Below, in pieces: positions 18,806-27,482 of a DNA stretch of 64,000 nucleotides. Each line of letters begins with the position of its first letter. Within the stretch, counting starts at the first letter, position 1. This DNA comes from an uncultured Acidobacteriota bacterium. GTDB lineage: Bacteria; Actinomycetota; Acidimicrobiia; Spongiisociales; ZC4RG35. A model generated the notes under the pieces. That model made no database searches and was not told the DNA's origin. It was given only the letters and a program-made list of their open reading frames with translations. The stretch is from the NCBI GenBank assembly GCA_963828465.1, contig CAWHEU010000025.1:128001-192000 (forward strand). Reading direction: 5' to 3'. The position numbers and the translations under genes are program-made.

Positions 18806-19568
18806 CGAGGTAGACCTTGACGACCCGGGGATCGGCCCTCACCTCAGCAGGTGTGCCTTCCATCAGAATCGACCCTTCCGCCATGACTATCACCCGACTG
18901 GCCAGCCCGAAGATGAACTCCATGTTGTGCTCCACAATGGCGAAGGTGACTCCCTGTTCGGTGTTGAGCTCACGAATCCTGCCTTCCAGGTCTCCGAGCA
19001 TCCCCGGGTTCACCCCTCCCGCAGGCTCGTCGAGGAAGACGACCTCCGGGTTGGCCATGAACGCCATCGCTGTGTCGAGCAGCTTCTTCTGGCCAAACGA
19101 GAGGCTCGCGGCGTATTGGTCGGCAAGGTGCCCGAGCCGGAACCGATTCAGGACCGCATCGACAGTCGCGTCGAGACCCAGGTTCGGGCTCTTGAAGAGC
19201 GTGCCTGCGATGGTCGAGATATGAGGCTGGGCCGCAGTCATCAGGTTCTCCCGCACGGTCATTGAATCGAACACCTGGAGAAGCTGGAACGTGCGCGCCA
19301 GCCCGTACTTGGCCCGGCGATGGGGCATCCATTTCGTGACGTCGGTCTCGCCCACGGTCACGGTGCCGCCATCGGACCGATATTGCCCCAGCACGCAGTT
19401 GAAGAGGGTCGTCTTGCCGCATCCATTGGGACCGATTAGGCCAAGGATCTCGCCCGGGTACACATCGAAGGAGACATCGTTGACCGCGGTGATGCCGCCA
19501 AAGCGCTTGGACACGTTGCGCACACTCACCAACGGCGTCCTCGCCTCGGCGATGGCGCTGACGGTCAT
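18798..19568 (-). CDS. livG: Liv-type ABC transporter ATPase
   Basis: GPNGCGKTT, LSFGQKK, LDEPAGG, VKVYLG. Confidence 0.92.
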   Translation of the reverse strand: MTVSAIAEARTPLVSVRNVSKRFGGITAVNDVSFDVYPGEILGLIGPNGCGKTTLFNCVLGQYRSDGGTVTVGETDVTKWMPHRRAKYGLARTFQLLQVFDSMTVRENLMTAAQPHISTIAGTLFKSPNLGLDATVDAVLNRFRLGHLADQYAASLSFGQKKLLDTAMAFMANPEVVFLDEPAGGVNPGMLGDLEGRIRELNTEQGVTFAIVEHNMEFIFGLASRVIVMAEGSILMEGTPAEVRADPRVVKVYLGA

Positions 19569-20782
19569 GTTCCCCTCCTCTTGGCGGCGATGCTGGCCCT
19601 GAACAGGTTGAAGCTGCCGGCGATCCCTCTCGGCGCCACGATCAGGACGACGATGGCGAGCAGACCAAACCAGAACCTGTACCAGTCACCGAGAACACGC
19701 AGAGAGTCGGAGACGATGGTGATGAACGACGTCCCGATGAGGGGCCCGGCCAGTGTCCCCAAACCACCTATGACCGTTGCGAAGAGAAAGTCGAAGGACT
19801 GTCCGAGGAAGAAACTTCGTGGCTCGATGTACTCCAACAGACGCGCATAGAGGGCCCCGGCACCCCCGGCCAGCCCGGAACCGATGGCGAAGGCCAGCAA
19901 TGTGTAGGTGCGGACATCGATCCCGAGACTCGACGCTCGTTGGGAATTGTCCCGAATCGCCTTGAACGACCTGCCCCATGGTGAGCGAACGATCCACCAA
20001 ACGATGATCATCGTCAGCACGAGGAATGCGAGACAAAGGTAGTAGTAGTTCTGCAACGGGGTCATGTCGATTCCGAGGACCTCGAGGTCCTGTCTCCTAA
20101 CGATGATGCCCCTAGAGCCATTTGTGATGCCGACCTCGTTGTTGAAGACGATGTAGACGAGGACATTGAAGGCCAGAGTCACGAACGCGAGCCACGGGCC
20201 ACGCACCCGCAGGCCAGCCATGCCGATCAGGATGCTGAACAGCATGGCGACCGCGATCGCGATCACCATTGTCAGCAGAAAAGGGAGATCGGGCAGGTCG
20301 ATCACGATCCCGAACGCTTCGATCTCGCGGCCGGAGTCGAGGAGCACCGACGTGTAGGCGCCGATGCCCAGGAATGCAGCCTGCGCGATCGATACCTGCC
20401 CCGCATATCCGAACATGAGGTTCATCCCGATCACACACACCGAGAAGACCGCATAGAGCCCGAAGTCGGTGAGGGTCGAGTTCGCCCGACCGAAGGGAAA
20501 GACGACCAGGAATGCCACGAAACAGACGGTGGACATGACTCGCACGGCAGTGCCGTTCCTGCTGGCCCTGGGGATGAGGAGATTCGCCCCGAGGACTCCG
20601 GCGAGGACGAGCACCCACAGCCACATGACCGGTGTGAACTCGGATCTGCCGATTGGGAACCACACGAGGAAGGCCATTGCAAGCGTCAAGCCGGCAATTA
20701 GGAGAGGGGACAAGACGCCGCGGTCTTCAGACCTGGCCCGGGTCAGCTCGCGGTCATCGACGATCTGATCCCGGCCGCTCAT
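19565..20782 (-). CDS. livM: Liv-type ABC transporter permease
   Basis: GYAGQVSIAQAAFLGIGAY, SPWGRSFKAIRD. Confidence 0.9.
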   Translation of the reverse strand: MSGRDQIVDDRELTRARSEDRGVLSPLLIAGLTLAMAFLVWFPIGRSEFTPVMWLWVLVLAGVLGANLLIPRASRNGTAVRVMSTVCFVAFLVVFPFGRANSTLTDFGLYAVFSVCVIGMNLMFGYAGQVSIAQAAFLGIGAYTSVLLDSGREIEAFGIVIDLPDLPFLLTMVIAIAVAMLFSILIGMAGLRVRGPWLAFVTLAFNVLVYIVFNNEVGITNGSRGIIVRRQDLEVLGIDMTPLQNYYYLCLAFLVLTMIIVWWIVRSPWGRSFKAIRDNSQRASSLGIDVRTYTLLAFAIGSGLAGGAGALYARLLEYIEPRSFFLGQSFDFLFATVIGGLGTLAGPLIGTSFITIVSDSLRVLGDWYRFWFGLLAIVVLIVAPRGIAGSFNLFRASIAAKRRGT

Positions 20783-21726
20783 ACGATCCGCTCCTCAGGC
20801 CGACCGAACAGTCCCTGTGGCCGCCAGAGGATGACGATGATCATCAGGACGAGGGGGATGAACTCCCTGTAGGCGCTGGACAGATAGGTGCCCGACCAGT
20901 TCTGGATGACACCGACCAGGAACCCACCGAACAGTGCTCCCCTCACCTGGTTGAAGCCCCCGATGATCGCCGCGGTGAACGCAGCCAAACCGAGAGAGAT
21001 GCCGCCGTCGAATCGTGCTGTCGTCACCGGGGCCACGAGCAAAGCGGCAACAGTGACCAGCGCTGCGTTGATGGCGAAGGTGTAGAAGACCATCCGATTC
21101 ACCGGAATCCCCAACACGCGAGCCGTCTCCTGGTTCTGGGCGGTCGCCTGCATCTGCCTCCCGGTGTAGGTGCGATTGAGGAAGAATTGGAGGCCGATGA
21201 TCACGACAGTCGCGACGACGAGGACACCGACGTCGATGGCAGTGATGGACACACCCCCGACGTTCCATACGTAGTTGCCGAATGGTGAGGGAAACCTCTG
21301 GGGGGCGGCGCCGAAGGAGATGCGCAGGTATTCGCGCATCACGAGAGCCAATCCCAAGGTCGCGATCACTAGCGGGATGTCGTCCCCGCCGGGCTCGAGC
21401 AGCTGGTCGACCATCGTTCGCTTGAACACGTAGCCGAGCAGGAAGATCATCAGGGGCACCGTGATCGCGAAGGCGGCGATGATGCCCAGCTGCGGAATGG
21501 GACCGACGAGTTGGGTCCCCCCGATCAGGGGTATGAACTCGGGTATGCCGATCACCGGCTGCTGGGTGAGAACCAGCATCACCACTGCGGGCAGCACGAT
21601 GAATTCCCCGTGAGCGAAGTTGATTGCGCCGGCGGTCTGCCATAGGAGCGCGAAACCGACTGCGGCGATGGCGAAAACCGCGCCGGTGGCCAGCCCGGAG
21701 AAAGTGACCTGTAGGAACTGCTCCAT
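20779..21726 (-). CDS. livH: Liv-type ABC transporter permease
   Basis: INFAHGE, GRQMQATAQN, AAIIGGF. Confidence 0.9.
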   Translation of the reverse strand: MEQFLQVTFSGLATGAVFAIAAVGFALLWQTAGAINFAHGEFIVLPAVVMLVLTQQPVIGIPEFIPLIGGTQLVGPIPQLGIIAAFAITVPLMIFLLGYVFKRTMVDQLLEPGGDDIPLVIATLGLALVMREYLRISFGAAPQRFPSPFGNYVWNVGGVSITAIDVGVLVVATVVIIGLQFFLNRTYTGRQMQATAQNQETARVLGIPVNRMVFYTFAINAALVTVAALLVAPVTTARFDGGISLGLAAFTAAIIGGFNQVRGALFGGFLVGVIQNWSGTYLSSAYREFIPLVLMIIVILWRPQGLFGRPEERIV

Positions 21727-21750
21727 GAACGGGTGTGGGCGGCGACGCTA

Positions 21751-21786
21751 ATCGGCCGACGTCGGCTTGCGCTGACGTCGGCCGAT
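21751..21786. other. Intergenic hairpin after the substrate-binding gene (mRNA stabiliser or partial terminator)
   Basis: ATCGGCCGACGTCGGC-ttgc-GCTGACGTCGGCCGAT. Confidence 0.65.
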
Positions 21787-21811
21787 CAACTCACTCAGTG
21801 AGACCCTTGCT

Positions 21812-23116
21812 TCAGCAGCCTCGTTCCGACAGGTTGTCGAGCGGTGGCGCACTGGCAGCCACCACACCGACGCCATCGACGACCTCGAGGATGAAGCTCT
21901 CACGGTCGAGGTCTCCATTGCCATCGAAGGTCACATCAAGAAGCACACCCGGCTCGTCATCCACCGTGATCGTGGCGCAGTGCAACTGATCAGCGAGGGC
22001 GAGACGATCGAATCCACCGATCCTCTCGGTCATCTCCTTGACGTAGTGCACCGACATGTAGCCCTTGATGTTGTTGTGGTCCACTCCCTCGATACCGGGG
22101 TGGAACTCCTCATGGGCGGTGCGCCAGTCGGCGAACACATCCGCACCGGCAGCCAGGTTCGAGTGCGACTTGGCTCCATCGCCGGCGCCGGGCTGGGCGA
22201 GCTCCAGCGAGGCAGGGGAAGTGAGCACGTCACCGCCGTACAGGGGCTTTGCCAGACCCTGGGCCGTCCGCTCGTCGAGGAAGGCACCCGTCTCGATCTC
22301 CGTCATGTAGACGAACACCGAGTCGGAGTCCGAGGCGATCAATTGAGCCACCTCACCCGACTGGTCGAGCTGATCTGGCTGCACCAGGATCTCCTCGCCT
22401 ATCTCGATGCCCTCGGCTTCCATCGCGTCGCGATGTGCCCCGGCGCCTCCGGCTCCGAACTCGTCGTTCTTGTAGATGATGTCGACCTTCTGCACGCCTT
22501 CTTCAAGCATGAACTCCACGAGCTTGGGAGCGGCGTTGTCACCGCCGAACGAGGTTCGGAAGATGAAGTTGTTGTCGCCGTTCAGCTCTCGGTTGGTGAT
22601 GTCGGGAGCTTCGGCACCGACAAACTGCGGGATCTCGGCTTCCTGTGCTACGACCATGTTGACGATGGTCACGCTGGAGAACACGGTCCCGAGGAGGGCG
22701 TAGGGGTCCAACTCCACACCTTCGGAGACGACTTGCAAGCCGATGTCCGGGTCACCCTGAGTGCCCTCGAACTGGACTTCCACCGTGCACCCGAGGATTC
22801 CGCCCTCATTGTTGACGTCGGCGATGGCGTGCTCGATCCCGGCGCGCCAGTTGACGCCCGCAGGCTGGTTCTCTTCATAGGGCGCGAAAAGGAACACGCT
22901 GTTGTTCTCGTGGGGACACTCAGCCTCGGCGGCCGCCGTGGTGGTGGCTCCCGCCGCAGTCGTCGTGGTCTCGGCCTCGTCGCCCGCGGTCGTAGTCGCC
23001 TCTTCGCCGGCGGACGTCGTCGTCCCTTCCTCGCCACCGGTGCCTCCGCAAGCTGCCATCAGCAACGTGAGCACCGCCAGCAAGGCCAGCAACCGGTTCC
23101 CTCGCTTCTCGGTCAT
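21812..23116 (-). CDS. Liv-type ABC substrate-binding lipoprotein
   Basis: Lipobox MAAC, Thr-rich linker, Peripla_BP_6-like body (NNEGGILG, FRTS, NDEFG). Confidence 0.88.
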   Translation of the reverse strand: MTEKRGNRLLALLAVLTLLMAACGGTGGEEGTTTSAGEEATTTAGDEAETTTTAAGATTTAAAEAECPHENNSVFLFAPYEENQPAGVNWRAGIEHAIADVNNEGGILGCTVEVQFEGTQGDPDIGLQVVSEGVELDPYALLGTVFSSVTIVNMVVAQEAEIPQFVGAEAPDITNRELNGDNNFIFRTSFGGDNAAPKLVEFMLEEGVQKVDIIYKNDEFGAGGAGAHRDAMEAEGIEIGEEILVQPDQLDQSGEVAQLIASDSDSVFVYMTEIETGAFLDERTAQGLAKPLYGGDVLTSPASLELAQPGAGDGAKSHSNLAAGADVFADWRTAHEEFHPGIEGVDHNNIKGYMSVHYVKEMTERIGGFDRLALADQLHCATITVDDEPGVLLDVTFDGNGDLDRESFILEVVDGVGVVAASAPPLDNLSERGC

Positions 23117-23160
23117 CTCATCCTCCTCCACGGGAACCCGCCCTCATCGCGCATTCCCGA

Positions 23161-23203
23161 ATTGAATGCAGTGAATATAGCGATAAGGTTCGCGGTGCGT
23201 CAA
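23161..23203 (-). promoter_or_regulatory. SigA-type promoter with the same operator as 10628
   Basis: Minus strand TTGACG-N18-TATATT with overlapping ATTCACTGCATTCAAT (23176-23161). Confidence 0.7.
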
Positions 23204-24057
23204 TTGATTGGAAGCAGCGCCCGCATCTCGATCTCCACCCCCGTGGCGACCTCGTCGGGCAGGTCGATCCCGGTGAAGTGATGGAAAGCGTCGAGAGCCT
23301 GGCCGAGAAAGAGCTCCAATCCGTCGAAGACCATCAGTCCAGCCTCCATCGCCCTTTGCACCAATGGCGTGTGCACCGGTGTGTAGACCGCGTCGAACAG
23401 CCACTGCTGTCCGCCGATCGCGTCGAGCGAGACAGGAGTCCCAGGCGAGAAGTGCATACCGAGAGGTGTCCCGTTGAAGATCCCGGTCGCCGCTCGAACA
23501 GCCGCTTCCTGGGTGGCTCGGCTCACGGCTGTTCCCGGGAAGCTCCGAACGAGATCGTGCACTAGCTTCGCCGCCCGACCTGGGTCGAGGTCCGAGACCC
23601 GTATCTCCTCGGCACCCAGGCCGGCGAAGGCGAAGGCGGCCGCCCGTCCCACGCCTCCCGCGCCGATTATCGCCACCCTCCCTGGTGTCTCCGCCCCCAT
23701 CCGCTCCCGCCACCGACGCTGCAGACCGGAGTGATCCGTGTTGAAGCCGCTGACGACATTATCGGGTCCGAACACGAGAGTGTTGACCGCCCCAATCGAG
23801 TTCACGCCTGGCCCGGCGAGGTCCGCGAGGTCCAGGGCGGCTTGCTTGAACGGGTAGGTGACGTTGATGCCGTCGAACCCCTGTGAACTGACACCCCGGA
23901 TCACCGCGGCCAACTCCTCTGCGTCGAGGTCCGGTTGGGCGAGCAGGTCGTAAGTGACGTCCAATCCCATCCGTGCCCCGGCCTCGATGTGAAATGCCGG
24001 CGCCAGGGAACGGCTGATATTCGAGCCAATGAGCCCAAGCCGAATGCGTCGAGTCAA
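23200..24057 (-). CDS. Shikimate/quinate dehydrogenase family protein
   Basis: LGLIGSNISRSLAPAFH, GINVTYPFK, GAVNT, GFNTD, GAGGVG; TTG start overlaps the GntR stop. Confidence 0.88.
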   Translation of the reverse strand: MTRRIRLGLIGSNISRSLAPAFHIEAGARMGLDVTYDLLAQPDLDAEELAAVIRGVSSQGFDGINVTYPFKQAALDLADLAGPGVNSIGAVNTLVFGPDNVVSGFNTDHSGLQRRWRERMGAETPGRVAIIGAGGVGRAAAFAFAGLGAEEIRVSDLDPGRAAKLVHDLVRSFPGTAVSRATQEAAVRAATGIFNGTPLGMHFSPGTPVSLDAIGGQQWLFDAVYTPVHTPLVQRAMEAGLMVFDGLELFLGQALDAFHHFTGIDLPDEVATGVEIEMRALLPIN

Positions 24058-24836
24058 TCCTGTGCCAGGTCTTGGGAACTGTCGCTGGATCCGTCCATCG
24101 CCCAGAGGCGTTTCAGTGACGCCGATCCGGTGGTGACACGATGACCATCTCGACCCAGCGGTGAGACGATTCTCACGACCTCTCCGTATTCCTGGGCGAG
24201 CTCGATGTCGCCATCGACGACTGCGTGGAACAAGTTGGCATGCGCCTCGATCCGTCGACGCTCCCGGGAGGCTTCGGGCCCGGTATCGGGGAAGTCCACA
24301 TCGATGATCAGAGCCTCGGCTGCATCGAGGAGGTTCTGGTAGATCAAACGCAAAGTGGCGCTGTCTGCAAGCTTCAACAGCAACCGGTGCCCCCTCCATA
24401 TGACGCGCTGGGTATCGAAGGAGATCTCGGCGTTGTCGAGATGTCCTGCGATCGCATCGAGTTCGGCGAGGTCTTTGGGGTCCCGATCGGCGGCTCGGGC
24501 AGCCGAGACGCCGAGGAGCGAGGTGAGGGCCTCTCGCAACTCGATATTCTCCCCGAGCGACTGGGCGTTTCTCGCCCACAATTGCTTTGTACCGAGGCGA
24601 AGCACCGGTTGAGACTGGGCGACGAAGACACCACCCTTCGGGCCCCGTCTCAGGGAGACCAACCCGTCATTGGCGAGGAGCTTCAGGGCCTGATCGAGAG
24701 TCGGCCCGGCGACTCTGAACTCGGCTTGTAGCTCGGACTTGAGACCGATCCGATCACCAGGCTCCAGATGCCCATCGGTGATCCGCTGCTCGATGACGCT
24801 CCGGATCCACTCCGGTACCGATTCCAATCTATCCAT
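24054..24836 (-). CDS. GntR/FadR-family transcriptional regulator
   Basis: GHLEPGDRIG..SELQAEFRVAGPTLDQALKLLANDGLVSLRRGPKGGVFV plus FCD-like helical domain. Confidence 0.85.
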   Translation of the reverse strand: MDRLESVPEWIRSVIEQRITDGHLEPGDRIGLKSELQAEFRVAGPTLDQALKLLANDGLVSLRRGPKGGVFVAQSQPVLRLGTKQLWARNAQSLGENIELREALTSLLGVSAARAADRDPKDLAELDAIAGHLDNAEISFDTQRVIWRGHRLLLKLADSATLRLIYQNLLDAAEALIIDVDFPDTGPEASRERRRIEAHANLFHAVVDGDIELAQEYGEVVRIVSPLGRDGHRVTTGSASLKRLWAMDGSSDSSQDLAQD

Positions 24837-24903
24837 CAACGTTCATTCGGTCTCGACGATCCACGAAACAGGGTGGCCCACCCTCGGCGCTATTTTAGCC
24901 TCA

Positions 24904-25740
24904 ATGAGTTTAGGGAATGGCGGCCTGATCCCCACAGGGACATCGGACCTGTACAGCATTATCGGGCACCCGGTCACTCAGGTCCAGGCCCCGGGACTGT
25001 TCAACCAGTTCTTCGCAGAAACCGGAGCCGACGCGGTTTTCGTCGCCCTCGATCTCGACCCTGAGGGGGTCAGGTCCTTCTTCGAGGCAATGAGGGTCGC
25101 CGCCAATTACCGCGGGGGATTCGTGACCGTTCCTCACAAGGGAGCCGCTTCAGGCTGCATGGACGAGCTCACAACCCGGGCTCGTGCGCTCGGGTCAGTC
25201 AATGCCGTCAAGAACGACCATGGCCGGCTGATCGGCGACATGACCGATGGGCCCGCGTTCCTCGAGGCAACCCGAGGGCGCGGGCTGGATGTTCGGGGTC
25301 GCCGAGTGGCGATGATCGGCGGGGGTCACGCAGCGACGGCGATAGCACATGCCTGCGCCGAACAGGGAGCAGCGGAACTGGTGATGAGCGTCCGCCGCAC
25401 TGAGCGCCATGCCGAGCTGCGCCGGATAGTCGAGTCGGTCCCCGAACCACCCCAGCTCAGCTTCGACCTCGAAACCCTGGATGGGTTCGATCTCGTCATC
25501 AACGGGACGACCGTGGGGATGGCGGACGACCCCAATGTCCCGTTCCCGGTCGACACGATGTCGCCGTCGTCACTCATAGCCGAGGTGGTGACTCAGCCAA
25601 GGGTGACTCCTTGGCTAAGAGCCGCGCTCGACCGAGGCTGTCGTGTCCAGTACGGACGGGACATGACGCGTGCCCAGACCCAGCTGGTCGGACCGTGGTG
25701 GGGTCTCGATCTCCCCCTTGTGGATTGGGACGCCGGCTAG
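24904..25740 (+). CDS. Second shikimate dehydrogenase family protein
   Basis: IIGHPVTQVQAP, VTVPHK, GSVNAV, GDMTDG; leaderless TATTTT-N7-ATG. Confidence 0.88.
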   Translation: MSLGNGGLIPTGTSDLYSIIGHPVTQVQAPGLFNQFFAETGADAVFVALDLDPEGVRSFFEAMRVAANYRGGFVTVPHKGAASGCMDELTTRARALGSVNAVKNDHGRLIGDMTDGPAFLEATRGRGLDVRGRRVAMIGGGHAATAIAHACAEQGAAELVMSVRRTERHAELRRIVESVPEPPQLSFDLETLDGFDLVINGTTVGMADDPNVPFPVDTMSPSSLIAEVVTQPRVTPWLRAALDRGCRVQYGRDMTRAQTQLVGPWWGLDLPLVDWDAG

Positions 25741-25800
25741 GTCAGTCTATTTTCAAGCGGGAATCGGGGCTACGGGTCTCGACCGATATCCTCTAAAGCG

Positions 25801-27426
25801 ATGACGCCTGACAACAACCTCGTGCTCACCGGGTTCATGGGGACCGGAAAGACGACCGTCGGGCAACAGTTGGCTCGAAAACTCGGCCGTGAGTTCGTCG
25901 ACACTGATCTCGTCATCGAAGAACGCCACGGCCCGATCCACGAGATCTTCGAGAGACAAGGAGAGACTGCGTTCCGTGACATCGAGCGCTCCTTGGCGCA
26001 CGAGCTCGGCCAGCGAAAGGGCCTCGTGATCGCAACGGGTGGCCGAATGCTCCTCGATCGGGAGAACTTCAAGGCCTTGAGCAAGAACGGTCGGATCTTC
26101 TGTCTGGTAGCCACACCTGAGGAGATCTACGACCGGGTGACGGGCGATCCTGTCCGCGTCAACCGTCCGTTACTCGAAGTGGCGGACCCCAAGCAACGGA
26201 TCATCGAGCTGCTTGGCGAACGTGGTCCGGACTACGAACGCTTCCCTCAGCTGACCACTGATCAAATCGAGCCGGACGGCATCGCGGAGGAACTCGCCGA
26301 CCTGTGGGAAGGGCACGACACCTACCCGATAGCAAATCCAAGCGGCGGCTACGAGTTCACGGTTGGCGCCGGGATCCTTCCATTTCTCCACCAGCTTGCA
26401 TCGATACGTGGCCCATCGGTCGTCATCACCGATGACGTTGTCTATGACCTGTATGGGCATAGCCTCGGCGATTCAGACCTGACGATCACGTTGCCGGCCG
26501 GCCGCCACCAGAAGACGGTGGATTCGGTCCAGATCGTGTACGACCGGCTACTCGAAGCGGGTATTGATCGCTCGGCAACCATCGTTTCGCTCGGGACCAG
26601 CATCATCGGTGACATCGCCGGCTTCGCGGCGGCCACGTACCTGCGCGGGGTGGATCTCGTCCACTGTCCCACCAACCTCATCGCCATGATCGACACGAGT
26701 ATCGGCGGCAAGGTGGGTCTGGATACTCCCCAGGGGAGAAACCTGGTCGGGCTCTACAAGCAGCCGAAGGCGGTGCTTGCCGACGTGGCCACGCTGCAGA
26801 CTCTGCCCGATCGAGATTTCTTCTCGGGCCTGGCAGAAGTCATCAAGCACGGGCTGATCGCGAGCTCCTTCTTGCTCGACCACATCAAAGAGACCGACTG
26901 GCGCAGCAATACGCGGTTGTCACCAGGAGCCCTCGCCAATCTCCAGTATCTCGTCGCTCAGGCGATACAGATCAAGATCGCAATCGTCCAGGAGGACCCG
27001 TTCGAGGAATCGGGTCGTCGAACCGTCCTCAACCTCGGTCATACCTTTGCCTACGCGATCGAACACACCACTGGCGGTGAATGGAATCATGGCGAGGCAG
27101 TGGCTGTCGGCCTCATCGCGTCCGCGCGTCTGTCTGAGCTCACCGGCCACGCCGCCACGGGGTTGTCCGACGTAGTGGAGGCCTTCGTCTCACACGTCGG
27201 GCTGTCGACGCGACTACCCGACGGAATCCCTCCGCGAGCCCTCGTAGAAGCGATGCAGACAGACAAGAAGAGGGTTGGCGGTCAGCTCAGATTCGTGCTT
27301 CTCAGAGATGTCGGAGACCCATTCGTAGCCGATGACATCACCGAGTCGGAAGTGCTCGAGGTGCTCGAGGGGATGTACCAGAACGGATCGGCTGAGCAGC
27401 ACGACGTCACTGCCCACACGGCGTAG
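25801..27426 (+). CDS. aroKB: Bifunctional shikimate kinase / 3-dehydroquinate synthase
   Basis: GFMGTGKT, GETAFR, ATGG; DIAGFAAATYLRG, DTSIGGKVG, LAEVIKHG, LNLGHTFAYAIE, HGEAVAVG. Confidence 0.93.
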   Translation: MTPDNNLVLTGFMGTGKTTVGQQLARKLGREFVDTDLVIEERHGPIHEIFERQGETAFRDIERSLAHELGQRKGLVIATGGRMLLDRENFKALSKNGRIFCLVATPEEIYDRVTGDPVRVNRPLLEVADPKQRIIELLGERGPDYERFPQLTTDQIEPDGIAEELADLWEGHDTYPIANPSGGYEFTVGAGILPFLHQLASIRGPSVVITDDVVYDLYGHSLGDSDLTITLPAGRHQKTVDSVQIVYDRLLEAGIDRSATIVSLGTSIIGDIAGFAAATYLRGVDLVHCPTNLIAMIDTSIGGKVGLDTPQGRNLVGLYKQPKAVLADVATLQTLPDRDFFSGLAEVIKHGLIASSFLLDHIKETDWRSNTRLSPGALANLQYLVAQAIQIKIAIVQEDPFEESGRRTVLNLGHTFAYAIEHTTGGEWNHGEAVAVGLIASARLSELTGHAATGLSDVVEAFVSHVGLSTRLPDGIPPRALVEAMQTDKKRVGGQLRFVLLRDVGDPFVADDITESEVLEVLEGMYQNGSAEQHDVTAHTA

Positions 27427-27482
27427 GGGTCATCAGAACAGAGCCGACCTCGCTTACCTGGACCGGGGTCACGGCCCGCCGG

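Noticed and set aside
23200-24579. 459-aa ORF as a long fusion protein
   Set aside because: The N-terminal 170 aa is an out-of-frame shadow of the GntR gene; the dehydrogenase starts at the TTGA overlap at 24057.
25801-27426. aroK-aroB fusion as novel or part of the catabolic island
   Set aside because: Well-known biosynthetic fusion; it has its own -10 box and lacks the shared operator.
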